From Candidatus Gottesmanbacteria bacterium (lineage in GTDB: Bacteria; Patescibacteriota; Microgenomatia; UBA10105; UBA927), in the NCBI GenBank assembly GCA_963711735.1, contig CAVQFA010000004.1:4872-68871 (forward strand): 64,000 bases of DNA, written 5' to 3'. Below the pieces are notes generated by a model, which worked only from the letters and a program-made list of their open reading frames with translations, did no database searches and was not told the origin of the DNA. The first letter of the stretch is position 1. Each line of letters starts with the position of its first letter. Shown here in pieces: positions 19,005 to 29,118 of the stretch. The position numbers and the translations under genes are program-made.

Positions 19005-20318
19005 TTACAAAAGCAAATTCTTAGCAATATATTCTTTCAATTTCCCTGAATGGATCCGTTCCTGTTTTGTCGTATCCCGGTTTCGTATAGTCACTGTATC
19101 ATCCGTGAGAGACTGAAAATCAACAGTCACACACCATGGTGTACCGGCTTCATCCTGTGCAAGGTATCGTTTTCCGATGTTCCCACGGTCATCCCACGCA
19201 GACGGAAAAAATTGTTTCACTTCCTTATAGATCATACCCGCTTTTGCGATTAATTCAGGTTTATTGGCAAGAAGCGGAAATACGGCAACTTTGTATGGTG
19301 ATAATAAAGGATTTATTGATAATACAGTTCTGTCACCGTCTTTCTTATACGCATCCGTTAAAACGGCAAGAAACATTCTCTGCACGCTTATGGAGGGTTC
19401 TATAACATACGGTATATATGTTTCACCGGTTACCCCGTCATGATAAGATAAATCCTTACCGGATGAATTCGCATGTGTTTTCAGATCATAGTCAGTACGG
19501 TTTGCGATCCCTTCCAACTCCTTAAATCCCCAATCAGGAAATTTGTATTCTATATCCCACGAATCAGCTGCGTAGTGCGCCCGTTCTTTGGGATCGTGTT
19601 GTCTGAAACGGATATTTTCTTTCCTAAGCCCGAGAGATACATGCCATTTCATTCTCTCTTCCTTCCAATATGCATACGCGCGGTCTGCGTCTTTAGGGTG
19701 TACGAAATATTCAAGTTCCATCTGCTCAAATTCCCTCATTCGGAAAAGAAATTTTCCCGGTGTTACTTCGTTACGGAATACTTTTCCTATTTGGGCGATC
19801 CCGAACGGTATGCGTACCCTTGTTGAAGAAACAACATTCGAAAAATTGATAAATATACCCTGACATGTCTCACCACGCAGATATGCTTCGGACGTTGAGT
19901 CTTCGACGGGACCGACAAATGTCCTGAAAAGCAGATTAAACTGCCTTGGTTCTGTCCATGTCACGTCTGATACACCATGCGAACGGTGATTTTTTTCGTG
20001 AGCCTGTATTTCATCCGGTTGGTCAGCCCGAAACCGTGCATGACATACTTTACATTCGATAAGAGGATCGGAAAAGGAATCGACATGACCGGATGCTTTC
20101 CATACTTCCGGATGGTAGATAATGCTAGAGTCAATACCGACAATGTTATCACGCATGTCAACGATATTTTTCCACCATGCTTCTTTGATATTCCGTGCGA
20201 GCATCACACCTAAAGGACCGAAGTCATAAAATCCGCCTATCCCACCGTAAATTTCGCTTGTCGGATAAACAAAACCCCTTCTTTTCGTTAGAGCTATAAT
20301 ATCATCGATATGTGCCAT
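19005..20318 (-). CDS. glyQS: Glycine--tRNA ligase (dimeric GlyQS type)
   Basis: 437 aa starting MAHIDDIIALTKRRGFVYPTSEIYGGIGGFYDFGPLG, a class II aaRS. Confidence 0.9.
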   Translation of the reverse strand: MAHIDDIIALTKRRGFVYPTSEIYGGIGGFYDFGPLGVMLARNIKEAWWKNIVDMRDNIVGIDSSIIYHPEVWKASGHVDSFSDPLIECKVCHARFRADQPDEIQAHEKNHRSHGVSDVTWTEPRQFNLLFRTFVGPVEDSTSEAYLRGETCQGIFINFSNVVSSTRVRIPFGIAQIGKVFRNEVTPGKFLFRMREFEQMELEYFVHPKDADRAYAYWKEERMKWHVSLGLRKENIRFRQHDPKERAHYAADSWDIEYKFPDWGFKELEGIANRTDYDLKTHANSSGKDLSYHDGVTGETYIPYVIEPSISVQRMFLAVLTDAYKKDGDRTVLSINPLLSPYKVAVFPLLANKPELIAKAGMIYKEVKQFFPSAWDDRGNIGKRYLAQDEAGTPWCVTVDFQSLTDDTVTIRNRDTTKQERIHSGKLKEYIAKNLLL

Positions 20319-20324
20319 ACCCCC

Positions 20325-20340
20325 AAATTGTATACAATTT
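20325..20340. promoter_or_regulatory. Perfect 16-bp palindrome AAATTGTATACAATTT, 6-22 nt upstream of the glyQS start
   Basis: The sequence is identical on both strands, in the recO-glyQS intergenic region. Confidence 0.45.
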
Positions 20341-20382
20341 ACGGTATACGAACAATACGCATGAGAAAATCCCGGTGCCTAT

Positions 20383-20946
20383 TTACGAGGCAAATATTGT
20401 CCGGATGATTTTAGGAGTAGTAAGATGCCGCTCTGTAATTGCCTCTATATACGGAATCAGTTTTTTCGGAGGAATTGAATTTTCCCGTAGGGCAAACCCT
20501 AAATGTACCAGAAGCTCGTGCGCAAATTGTGTTGTAATTGTTATCAATTCTTTTCTGGTTTCAGTCTCTGTGACTTTCCGCAGCGTATCAGACAGAAGTA
20601 CGTATACTTCGTCATGAGCTTCATTCTCGGCTGTCAACCGATCAATAAGTTCGACGATAAAATACGCACAGGCAGTTTTTGTTAAATCAGAACCGATTGC
20701 ATCATTTCCTCTGATAGTTACTGCCTCACTTATCGTATCCAATCCATTCCCTTTATGTGCTGTAATCCGCGAAACACGAAATGATTCCAGATGGGATCCT
20801 CTCCTCGACTGAATTTTTCGGACACCCCGTGCAATAAGACGGATTTTTCCGTACTGTTTTGTATAAAGAGTTATAATTCTGTCTGCTTCTCCACGCGCGG
20901 TCCTTTTTAGAATAATTCCGTCAACGGAATAAATGTGTGAATTCAT
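20383..20946 (-). CDS. recO: DNA repair protein RecO
   Basis: 187 aa with the RecO N-terminal OB-fold signature GIILKRTARGEADRIITLYT. Confidence 0.8.
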   Translation of the reverse strand: MNSHIYSVDGIILKRTARGEADRIITLYTKQYGKIRLIARGVRKIQSRRGSHLESFRVSRITAHKGNGLDTISEAVTIRGNDAIGSDLTKTACAYFIVELIDRLTAENEAHDEVYVLLSDTLRKVTETETRKELITITTQFAHELLVHLGFALRENSIPPKKLIPYIEAITERHLTTPKIIRTIFAS

Positions 20947-22934
20947 GGTGCCAGGGAGAGTTCGGTGTCGGACACGATGGTAAATTTAGTCCGTTCACTT
21001 CCGGCAAGCTTTACTGAATACTCAGTTCCTTCCGTGCCGGGTTGCTTCTGGATTAATATTTTATATTTACCGTCAATACGCTTTACGGGAGATGTATAGG
21101 TCAGCTCGACTTTTGCTGAACCCAAGGGAGAGACGATGAGAAATCCTTCAAAAACAGTTTTTTCCAGACTGTCGTAGGTATCAAGGGGTATGGGTTTTGC
21201 GTCTTTCGGAGATATTGTACCCCGACTATCCTTCAGTTTACTGCCCTTGGGAACATATATCCGAAGCCAATTCCGAAGAGGTGCATTGAGACATAATCCT
21301 CCGCTTTCCAGACCGCAATCAGATCCCGGATAGGGATTTTTGTATTCTATGGTAAGATTTGTTGTAGCAGTCCCGTCGGAATTGAGTGTTGTGTCTTTAG
21401 TCACTTTATCGCTGACAAACATATTGGATTTTGCTCCTGCCATGTTAGCGTTATTGATATGAAGATAATCCCACCCGGATCCTTCCTTGTACGATAAAAG
21501 TGCTGCAGTTTCATCTGCAGTCATGATTCTTCCGGCCATATTAAAATTTTCAATTGCTTTCTGAGATTCTAGGTCTTTGAAATACGCAAGTACATGTTTC
21601 CTGTTTATTTCCGAAAGCATCATTTGAAAGAGATTTCCCCAATATTTTGATGGTGATACACCGAGAGCTTTCTGCATAAGCTGCTGAAGAAGAACACCGA
21701 TTATGTCTTTTCGTGCTTCACGGACATATCCGACAGGTCTCGTTGAGTAATCCTCAAGCTCGTAGACAGCGCGGGGACAGTCACATCGTTTATCAATGTC
21801 TGCTGAAAATTCTCTTCCGTAGACATTCATGGGTCCGAGAATTTTGAGAGCTTCGACCAATACATGCGTGTCCACAGCAATGATTCCGTCAATTTTTTCC
21901 TTACTCGATGTCGTATTGTACATTTCTTCAAATTTCACCATTGAAATTTTAAAGTCGGGTGAAAGATTGGAATCCCGTATATTGAGTGTGTATACACCTT
22001 TGTGAAACTTTAAAATCTCCGGTGGTGCGGGAAATGTTTTTGTTTTTGCAGCATCCAGAGCATATATATCGTCTGCTTTTTCAAGTATGATTTTTCCTTT
22101 TACGATACGAAATCGGGCGTACGCGGTAATGAAACCACCGGTGGGACGAAGCTCTTTATCATTCTGAAATAATACGAGATACCTGCGCTCGTTGGGTTGT
22201 CCTAATATTGCCGGCAGACGGGTGAGGAGTGGCTGAGCATTTACAAATAAATTTGCGGCATTTTCAATTCCGTCTTTTGCGGATTTCATTTGCGCACGTA
22301 TGGGAGTACCACGGAAACTTACGGGGTAGCGATTTGGATCTATACTATCTATTTCTTTACGAATTGTATCGACGGATGATGCCATTTCAGCAATTTTAGG
22401 AGTCAATGCTTCCATGGTTTTTACAGCCGTCTGGATTCTCTCATCCGCACTTCCCGATACGAATTTACTTCCGCCTTTGAGTCCCAACAGATCCGCATTG
22501 GGTTCAAGTGCTTCAATTGCCGTATCTGCAGCATCTAAACCGGCTTTCGCTGCGACTAAACCGTGTTGTCCGTCTTTAATATATGCCCCGAGAAACGGTA
22601 TTTGGGATAAACCATTCACTTTAGCATATTCTTTTGTAACAGCATCCAAATCTTTCCTGGTTTGGGCAAGAGCCGTTTTCGTACCCTCCAAGTCCTGACT
22701 TTTGGCAGCAGATGCTGCGCTTTTTGCGGATGTTGCTAATACCTGCGCTTTTGCATACACACCCCGGAGCGGCAGAAGCGCAAGAGCAAGAACACCGATT
22801 CCGAAGACAATAATCACAAGAAATACAATACAAACAACAAGTATCGTCTTTACGGCCTTTCTGCCTTTACCGGATTTCTGTACACCTGCAGGTACCGATG
22901 TGTTCAGATTAATTTGTTTTATATCTTCCGTCAT
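20943..22934 (-). CDS. DUF4012-like membrane-anchored protein with an Ala/Lys-rich coiled region
   Basis: 663 aa: N-terminal TM, low-complexity A/K/T-rich segment, then a large conserved C-terminal domain. ATGA overlap with recO. Confidence 0.55.
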   Translation of the reverse strand: MTEDIKQINLNTSVPAGVQKSGKGRKAVKTILVVCIVFLVIIVFGIGVLALALLPLRGVYAKAQVLATSAKSAASAAKSQDLEGTKTALAQTRKDLDAVTKEYAKVNGLSQIPFLGAYIKDGQHGLVAAKAGLDAADTAIEALEPNADLLGLKGGSKFVSGSADERIQTAVKTMEALTPKIAEMASSVDTIRKEIDSIDPNRYPVSFRGTPIRAQMKSAKDGIENAANLFVNAQPLLTRLPAILGQPNERRYLVLFQNDKELRPTGGFITAYARFRIVKGKIILEKADDIYALDAAKTKTFPAPPEILKFHKGVYTLNIRDSNLSPDFKISMVKFEEMYNTTSSKEKIDGIIAVDTHVLVEALKILGPMNVYGREFSADIDKRCDCPRAVYELEDYSTRPVGYVREARKDIIGVLLQQLMQKALGVSPSKYWGNLFQMMLSEINRKHVLAYFKDLESQKAIENFNMAGRIMTADETAALLSYKEGSGWDYLHINNANMAGAKSNMFVSDKVTKDTTLNSDGTATTNLTIEYKNPYPGSDCGLESGGLCLNAPLRNWLRIYVPKGSKLKDSRGTISPKDAKPIPLDTYDSLEKTVFEGFLIVSPLGSAKVELTYTSPVKRIDGKYKILIQKQPGTEGTEYSVKLAGSERTKFTIVSDTELSLAP

Positions 22935-22959
22935 AAGTGAATATTCGCCAGTAGGTTAA

Positions 22960-22988
22960 ATTATACGGATCATTCTAAATTCGTGCAA
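22960..22988 (-). promoter_or_regulatory. Candidate promoter TTGCAC-N17-TATAAT upstream of the DUF4012 gene
   Basis: Perfect TATAAT at 22965-22960 with TTGCAC at 22988-22983, inside a 57-bp intergenic gap. Confidence 0.4.
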
Positions 22989-22991
22989 CCA

Positions 22992-23630
22992 TCAGACGGC
23001 GCCTTTACCGGAAATCATCGCCCACGGACTTTTCAGAAGTATGGAAACATCCAATATGAGTGAACGCCGTTTAACATAATCCGCATCCATCATGATGCGT
23101 TTATCAAAATTTACTTCACTTCTGCCGGATACCTGCCATTGTCCGGTTATTCCCGGTTTCGCTGATTTCACAATATTTACCATTTCTTTCGTATGCGGAT
23201 ATTTTCTCTGCTGCTCAACGAGTTCATCCGGATAGTACGGACGTGGTCCGACGAGACTCATCTCGCCGCGTAATACATTTATAAGCTGAGGAATTTCATC
23301 CAATGAATGTTTACGGATGAACTTTCCGACACGGGTAACGCGCGGATCATTTTTCAATTTATAACTGTTATGTTTATATTCGTCATACAGTTTCTTTAGA
23401 TGCGGATCCGTACGGAGGCGTTCATGGGCATTTACGATCATTGAACGGAATTTAAACAGCTTAAACAATTTTCCGCTTTTTCCCACCCTTTTAGGGGTAT
23501 CTGCAAATACCGGTCCCTCAGAATCAATGATGATTGCAATAGCGGTGAGGAAACAAACAGGAAAAAATATAAGCCCGATTATCAGACTTCCTATAATATC
23601 TATGAACCGCTTCGATATATCGTAAAACAT
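22992..23630 (-). CDS. Bacterial sugar transferase (initiating phosphoglycosyl transferase, WbaP/PglC-like catalytic domain)
   Basis: 212 aa with one N-terminal TM and the conserved C-terminal motif LRGEMSLVGPRP. Confidence 0.85.
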   Translation of the reverse strand: MFYDISKRFIDIIGSLIIGLIFFPVCFLTAIAIIIDSEGPVFADTPKRVGKSGKLFKLFKFRSMIVNAHERLRTDPHLKKLYDEYKHNSYKLKNDPRVTRVGKFIRKHSLDEIPQLINVLRGEMSLVGPRPYYPDELVEQQRKYPHTKEMVNIVKSAKPGITGQWQVSGRSEVNFDKRIMMDADYVKRRSLILDVSILLKSPWAMISGKGAV

Positions 23631-23644
23631 ACGGACTTGGCAAT

Positions 23645-24727
23645 CTAGGTTAATTTTTCGTGTTTCGTACCGGATAAGCTTTCAACAAGTTTTTTTATCT
23701 TCGGTACTGACGTTTTTTTACATACCATGAGAACATCCGGAGTGTTAACAACCAGAAGTCCGTCGACGTCGATTGTGACAACCATTTGTTTCGTATAGTT
23801 ATATACCAAACTGTCTGTTGTATCGGATAGAATGCTCATCCCCTGCGTAACATTTTTGTCTTCGGTACTTTCAAGTGCTTCTTTCAGCGCCTCCCATGCT
23901 CCTACATCGCTCCATTCAATATTTTCCGATACTATATAAACGTCTCCGGTATCAAGTTTTTCCAAAATTGCATTATCAAAACTTATTTTTTCCAGGGTCG
24001 GATATATCCGTTCAAGAGTTTTTTGAAATGCCGGAGTATTATAGCTATCGGCAATCTCAGACAGTCCCTCATAGAGATTCGGTGCAAACTTCTTATACTG
24101 TTTCCATAAAAATTTTGGTGTTGTGACAAAATATCCGAGATTCCATGAGTGATGACCGCTTTCAAAATACCGGTTTGCGGTTTCCGTGTCAGGCCGGTAC
24201 TGATAATCAACAAGAGTGTGGAATGAAAAACCTTTATGGGTAATAACCGATTTCCCATATTCAATCCAACCTAAATTAACGCTGGCAAATCTCGGTTTTT
24301 GGGCTACAAGAACGATCTTATCGGGATTTTCGGAAATGACTGAACCGGCTGATGCCAGAATCTTTCTGAACAATGCATGGTTTTTCACAAGATGATCGCT
24401 CCAGAGAATCACCATAGGTTCATCCGGATCCATTGCTGCAAACAACGATGTCATAAGACCGACAGCAGGTCCGACATCACGTGACTGAGGCTCACCGATC
24501 ACGTGTCCGGGTGGAAGTTTTGGTAACTGTTCAGTAACGGTTTGGACATATGCTGCACCTGTAGAAATCCAGATATCTTTCCACCCGAATTCCGGTTGTA
24601 AACGTTCGGCTGCAAGCTGAAGTGTAGACTTGTCGCCTACAATTTTTTCAAATTGTTTGGGAGACTTTTTACGGGATAACGGCCATAGTCTTGTTCCGAC
24701 ACCGCCGGCAAAAATTACAGTTTTCAT
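23645..24727 (-). CDS. Mannose-1-phosphate guanylyltransferase-like nucleotidyltransferase
   Basis: N-terminus MKTVIFAGGVGTRLWPLS, a ManC/GMPP-type fold. 360 aa without a cupin domain. Confidence 0.75.
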   Translation of the reverse strand: MKTVIFAGGVGTRLWPLSRKKSPKQFEKIVGDKSTLQLAAERLQPEFGWKDIWISTGAAYVQTVTEQLPKLPPGHVIGEPQSRDVGPAVGLMTSLFAAMDPDEPMVILWSDHLVKNHALFRKILASAGSVISENPDKIVLVAQKPRFASVNLGWIEYGKSVITHKGFSFHTLVDYQYRPDTETANRYFESGHHSWNLGYFVTTPKFLWKQYKKFAPNLYEGLSEIADSYNTPAFQKTLERIYPTLEKISFDNAILEKLDTGDVYIVSENIEWSDVGAWEALKEALESTEDKNVTQGMSILSDTTDSLVYNYTKQMVVTIDVDGLLVVNTPDVLMVCKKTSVPKIKKLVESLSGTKHEKLT

Positions 24728-25857
24728 AAATGAGAATGTTTCTTATGATACATATTAAAAAGATATTCGACAGTATGTTTCATGTCAGCTGTAAACGATC
24801 GTTCGTTAAACCGAATTGTGCTTTTTGAGATTTCATCTTCATTCATTTGCATTGTATTAAATCTGTCAATCGCATCCACAAGAGCATCAACAGACTGCGT
24901 ATGAAACAAAAGGCCCGTTACTTTGTCGTGTATGATCTCTGCAATACCACTATCTGCATATGCAATAACAGGAGCACCGAACATCTGCGCTTCTGCTGCC
25001 GCGAGTCCAAAATCTTCGTTTCCGGCGAAAATAAATGCACGGCACGATTTATAATATCGGACGAGTTCCGCATCTGTCAAATAATGATCAATAAATGTGA
25101 CGGTCGGACCGGCAATATTCCCAAGATTTTTCCGTTCATTTCCATCCCCAATGACAACGAGCGGGATACCCAATCTGGTGCATGCCGACACTACAATATC
25201 AAATCGTTTATAACGTACTAATCTGCCTGTAGTGAGAAAAAAATTATTTCTCTTTGAACGCACCTGTGCAAATTCTCCGGGATCAAGCCGTACCGGAGGA
25301 TAGATAACGGATTCGACCGGACGGTTATAATACCTGTTTATCCGTTTTTTTACAGTCCCGGAAATGGCAATATAAAAATCCGGACGATTCGATGCTATAG
25401 TGTCCCAACCCCTGAGCATATGTGCAGATATCCGAAGGCCAAGTGCCGGAATGCTTTTGGTTAAATCAAATCCGCGGAGTTCTGAATACTCCCGAAATCC
25501 GCTCCATAAATATCTCGTCGGAGTAAGACAATAACATATATGACACGTACCCGGCTTGGTAATAATTGCTTTTGCATCGGATGATGTCACGCTGATCACT
25601 AAATCATACGCATCAAAATTGAACGATTCAAATGCATACTCGGTCATCCACGGAAATAATTCATGATGGAGGCGTATATATGGTATATTATTGAGTCCGG
25701 ACGGAATAACCCGGAAACAATCAGCCCATGCAGTTTTATTCTTATCGTAGACGGCAGTATAGAGCGGAGCCTCGGGATAAAGTGCATGAAGGGCAAGAAG
25801 TACCCTCTCCGCTCCGCCCCACTTCACTACCCTATCGTATACGAGTGCTATGTTCAT
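24724..25857 (-). CDS. Glycosyltransferase family 4
   Basis: 377 aa with the GT-B C-terminal motif ...FGLAAAEAQMFGAPVIA (E-x7-E). Confidence 0.8.
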   Translation of the reverse strand: MNIALVYDRVVKWGGAERVLLALHALYPEAPLYTAVYDKNKTAWADCFRVIPSGLNNIPYIRLHHELFPWMTEYAFESFNFDAYDLVISVTSSDAKAIITKPGTCHICYCLTPTRYLWSGFREYSELRGFDLTKSIPALGLRISAHMLRGWDTIASNRPDFYIAISGTVKKRINRYYNRPVESVIYPPVRLDPGEFAQVRSKRNNFFLTTGRLVRYKRFDIVVSACTRLGIPLVVIGDGNERKNLGNIAGPTVTFIDHYLTDAELVRYYKSCRAFIFAGNEDFGLAAAEAQMFGAPVIAYADSGIAEIIHDKVTGLLFHTQSVDALVDAIDRFNTMQMNEDEISKSTIRFNERSFTADMKHTVEYLFNMYHKKHSHL

Positions 25858-27001
25858 ATATATATAAAGTTTGTTTTGCAGTTTTTATCCAGCTATACCG
25901 TGAAATATCCGCATGTTCACGTTTTAATATTCCCCTGTTTGATTTATTCCAGAAATCCAGAAGTATGCGGGAAAGATTTTCTACATCGTTAAGTGCGAAG
26001 TATGAAGGAGAGATTCCGAGTATCTCATGAAAAATAGGAATATCAGAAACGATTACCGGGCACCCTAAAGACAACGCCTCAAGCGGAGGCAGGCCGAAAC
26101 CTTCTGACAACGACGGTATTACAAGCGCAATTGCCTGTGTGTATAACCTCTGAAGAGTTGCATCGTCGGCATACCCATAAAAAATTATATGTTTCCCGTA
26201 TGGAGTTTTTTCGGCATATCCGCGCAGACGTTTATAAAAAAAATCATCTTTTCCGACAAAAACGAGAGAAGGTTTTTCCTTTAATCCGGAAAAGCTTTGA
26301 TTGAACGCGTCTATGAGAAATTCAAGATTTTTATGGGGGTACGCATTACCCACGTACAGAAAATATTTGTGCGGGATAATGCTATGTGTGTCCGAATGTA
26401 CAAATGTCTGATTATTCATGGAAATCTTTGTATCCGCATGGATTCCCGTCTTATTGTCCTGTTGCTTTATACGATCATCCACTCCTTCGTATGTGACGCT
26501 GATTTTGTTGTCCGGAATACAGAAATTGTCCATAATATCTTTTTTTGTAGTTTCGGAAACTGCAATAATATGTTGGGCTTTATGCAGGGATATCCAGAGA
26601 AGCATTCTGTATGCTATATATTTAAACCAATAGAAACATTTCGGTAATGTTGACGCTTTTCCGGTAGCATAGTGCAGAATGATCAGATCATGTATTGTCA
26701 CGACAATCCGTCCGGGATATAGAACCGGTACCGTAAAATACGGGATATGAAATACATCGAGCTTTTCTTCCATTGCTGCCAACGGAATTTGTATCTGTTC
26801 GGAAATGCTGTGCCATGGTGACGTTATAAGATGTGTATGCCAACGAGAGTTAGGGAGTTCTACATGACCATATGCATCTTTTCCTACAAATAACACATAC
26901 TCATTCCGTGTGTCCAACAATCCGAACTCTTTTACAATATTTTGTATGTACCTGCCGACTCCTGTCTGATATATGAGCCGTCCGTCTATTCCGATTTTCA
27001 T
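25832..27001 (-). CDS. Glycosyltransferase family 4
   Basis: GT4 motif EGFGLPPLEALSLGCPVIVSD. The first codon in the track is GTG at 27013; I prefer the ATG at 27001 (MKIGIDG). Confidence 0.8.
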   Translation of the reverse strand: MKIGIDGRLIYQTGVGRYIQNIVKEFGLLDTRNEYVLFVGKDAYGHVELPNSRWHTHLITSPWHSISEQIQIPLAAMEEKLDVFHIPYFTVPVLYPGRIVVTIHDLIILHYATGKASTLPKCFYWFKYIAYRMLLWISLHKAQHIIAVSETTKKDIMDNFCIPDNKISVTYEGVDDRIKQQDNKTGIHADTKISMNNQTFVHSDTHSIIPHKYFLYVGNAYPHKNLEFLIDAFNQSFSGLKEKPSLVFVGKDDFFYKRLRGYAEKTPYGKHIIFYGYADDATLQRLYTQAIALVIPSLSEGFGLPPLEALSLGCPVIVSDIPIFHEILGISPSYFALNDVENLSRILLDFWNKSNRGILKREHADISRYSWIKTAKQTLYIYEHSTRIR

Positions 27002-27070
27002 AAGGTGTAGCACAAATACTTCTTGGCCTATTATAGCTGATTATCTTTCGGAAATCCTTTTTCTGGATGC

Positions 27071-27970
27071 CTAGAGGGAGAAATGTTTCAGGAAGAATAA
27101 TCTGACGGAATAGAAGGATAATATAACGAAAGATACAAGTCTTCCGTATTTTTTTTCAAAATGTTTACGGTAAAACAGTCTGTTATTTTCATGAAACTGA
27201 ATTTGTGCCTGAATCCGTACCTTTCTATTTGCATGTAATCGTCCGCTTTGCTTTTTCACATGCAGGCATGATATGGATGGATTATATAATATGGTAATCC
27301 CTTTTTCGTGCATCCGGTATGCCCAATCAAGATCCTCTGCATACATGAAATAATCTTCATCCAACATCCCTACCTTCTCAATTACTTCTCTGCGTATGAG
27401 AAAAAATGCACCTGACGGACTGTCTATTTTATGAGGGGTATGAAAATCTTTATACCCCTGGTGATATTGACCGAACAGTTCCGACTTCGAAAATAATTTT
27501 TCTAATCGTAAAAAATATGTAAAAGCAGCCCATGGAGTCGGAAATCCCCGATGACACGCAGGATCAAGCTTTCCGTCCGGTAAAACTAATCTGCATGTTG
27601 CTGCACCGGCATCCTTGTGTGAATCCATAAAAGCAATCATTCCGGCAAGTGTTTCATCTTCAACTTCAGTATCCGAATTTAACAGAAGAATGTATTTTCC
27701 CCGGGCTTTTCGTAAACAGACGTTGTTTGCCGCTGCAAAACCCGAATTTTCCTTTCCGACAATGACACGAGCGTGAGGAAAAAGGCTTTTAACCATTTCA
27801 GGAGATCCATCTGTGGATGCATTGTCATATACATATACATCAAAGGAATAATTTCCGAATTTAGAAGCGTACACCGATTCCAAACAATTCCTCAGTAAGT
27901 CTTTGGTATTGAATGATACGATAATGACCGAGAGATCTATCCGGGATTCACTCATACAGCGTTCTCCCAT
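27071..27970 (-). CDS. Glycosyltransferase family 2
   Basis: N-terminal GT-A fold: LSVIIVSFN, a DNAS aspartate, then DxD. Confidence 0.8.
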   Translation of the reverse strand: MGERCMSESRIDLSVIIVSFNTKDLLRNCLESVYASKFGNYSFDVYVYDNASTDGSPEMVKSLFPHARVIVGKENSGFAAANNVCLRKARGKYILLLNSDTEVEDETLAGMIAFMDSHKDAGAATCRLVLPDGKLDPACHRGFPTPWAAFTYFLRLEKLFSKSELFGQYHQGYKDFHTPHKIDSPSGAFFLIRREVIEKVGMLDEDYFMYAEDLDWAYRMHEKGITILYNPSISCLHVKKQSGRLHANRKVRIQAQIQFHENNRLFYRKHFEKKYGRLVSFVILSFYSVRLFFLKHFSL

Positions 27971-29118
27971 ACCGTATTCAGTATACCGGCAATAGTATTC
28001 CAGTCATAGTTATGAACGACGTATTGCCTTGCCTGATGTGTCATTTCGGCAATTTCCTTTTCATGCTTCGTACAATATACAGCCCACTGGACTACCTGGT
28101 CGTCATTTTCTGCAATGAAAGCGTGTTTCTTATGTTCAAGCGTTAAACCGGCAATCCCTTCTTTTGTAGTTATAATCGGCAGACCTGACGCCATCGCCTC
28201 GAGCATCTTAAATTTTGTACCCCCTGCTATCTCCATTGGTGCAAGAAGAACGTTACATGAACCATACACAGAACGGATATCCTCTACGTTTCCTTCCCAT
28301 GACACCCCGTCTTTTTGAGATATTCTGCTTCTTATGCCTTTTCCGACGATACGCAGCTTAGCGTGCGGAAGGATTTGTCTTATACGCGGCCAGATTGACG
28401 ATTGAATTTTTTCGGCTGCGTTTCTGTTGGGAAGCCATAACATATTACCGGTGAACAAAAACGTAAAATCGTTATCCGTCCGTTTTCCGGATTTATACTG
28501 GAAATATCGCGTATCGACGCCATTTGGCACCACCGTTATGGGAGTATGAGGAACTATGGATGAAAGCGTGCTTTTGTCGCTTTGGGATACTGTCACTATC
28601 AAATCCGCGCGCTTCATACATTCCCTTTCGGTATTCCGGATACGCTTTGCTTCTGTACGCATAAGCGCTGCGAACGGCTCTCTGAGTGTCGATGCATACT
28701 TTTCATACACCTCATACTCAACGTTATGCTCAGAAACAATAAGCGGTATGGGTGTTTTCGGAACTGATAGGAAGACATAAAACGGCTCGATGTGTATAAG
28801 GTCAAACTCCTTCCGGGTAACTGCCTCATTTATATAGTCATACATATCCGAATGGGTATATGATGCTGTGAGTAATGATTGACCGTTTAAAAACCGGAGG
28901 ATGTATACAGGTCGAAATCGTTTTCCGCGGTAAAAGAAACGTACATCTTTACAGAAATTCAGATTTGATCGCAATTCTTTTTCTTTTTCATTCCGTATAA
29001 ATGCAGCGAGAGTAATAGTGTGCTTACGTGATAAGCACTTCAGAAGATTATATATGCGCACCTGACCGCCCGAATGAAGCGGGTACGGAAAAAGTGCTGA
29101 TACATAGAGAACGTTCAT
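27952..29118 (-). CDS. Glycosyltransferase family 4
   Basis: 388 aa GT-B protein with the C-terminal motif MEIAGGTKFKMLEAMASGLPIITT. Confidence 0.8.
   Translation of the reverse strand: MNVLYVSALFPYPLHSGGQVRIYNLLKCLSRKHTITLAAFIRNEKEKELRSNLNFCKDVRFFYRGKRFRPVYILRFLNGQSLLTASYTHSDMYDYINEAVTRKEFDLIHIEPFYVFLSVPKTPIPLIVSEHNVEYEVYEKYASTLREPFAALMRTEAKRIRNTERECMKRADLIVTVSQSDKSTLSSIVPHTPITVVPNGVDTRYFQYKSGKRTDNDFTFLFTGNMLWLPNRNAAEKIQSSIWPRIRQILPHAKLRIVGKGIRSRISQKDGVSWEGNVEDIRSVYGSCNVLLAPMEIAGGTKFKMLEAMASGLPIITTKEGIAGLTLEHKKHAFIAENDDQVVQWAVYCTKHEKEIAEMTHQARQYVVHNYDWNTIAGILNTVWENAV

Noticed and set aside
22621-22833. Cys-rich 70-aa ORF nested in another frame of the DUF4012 gene
   Set aside because: It lies in the Ala/Lys-rich, GCN-codon-rich segment of the host gene. 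The Cys/Ser/Arg richness is the expected frame-shifted artefact of repeated GCT/GCA codons.
25832-27013. Annotated start at 27013
   Set aside because: The first codon there is GTG. An ATG 12 nt downstream (27001, MKIGIDG) matches typical GT4 N-termini, so the shorter start is preferred, though with low certainty.
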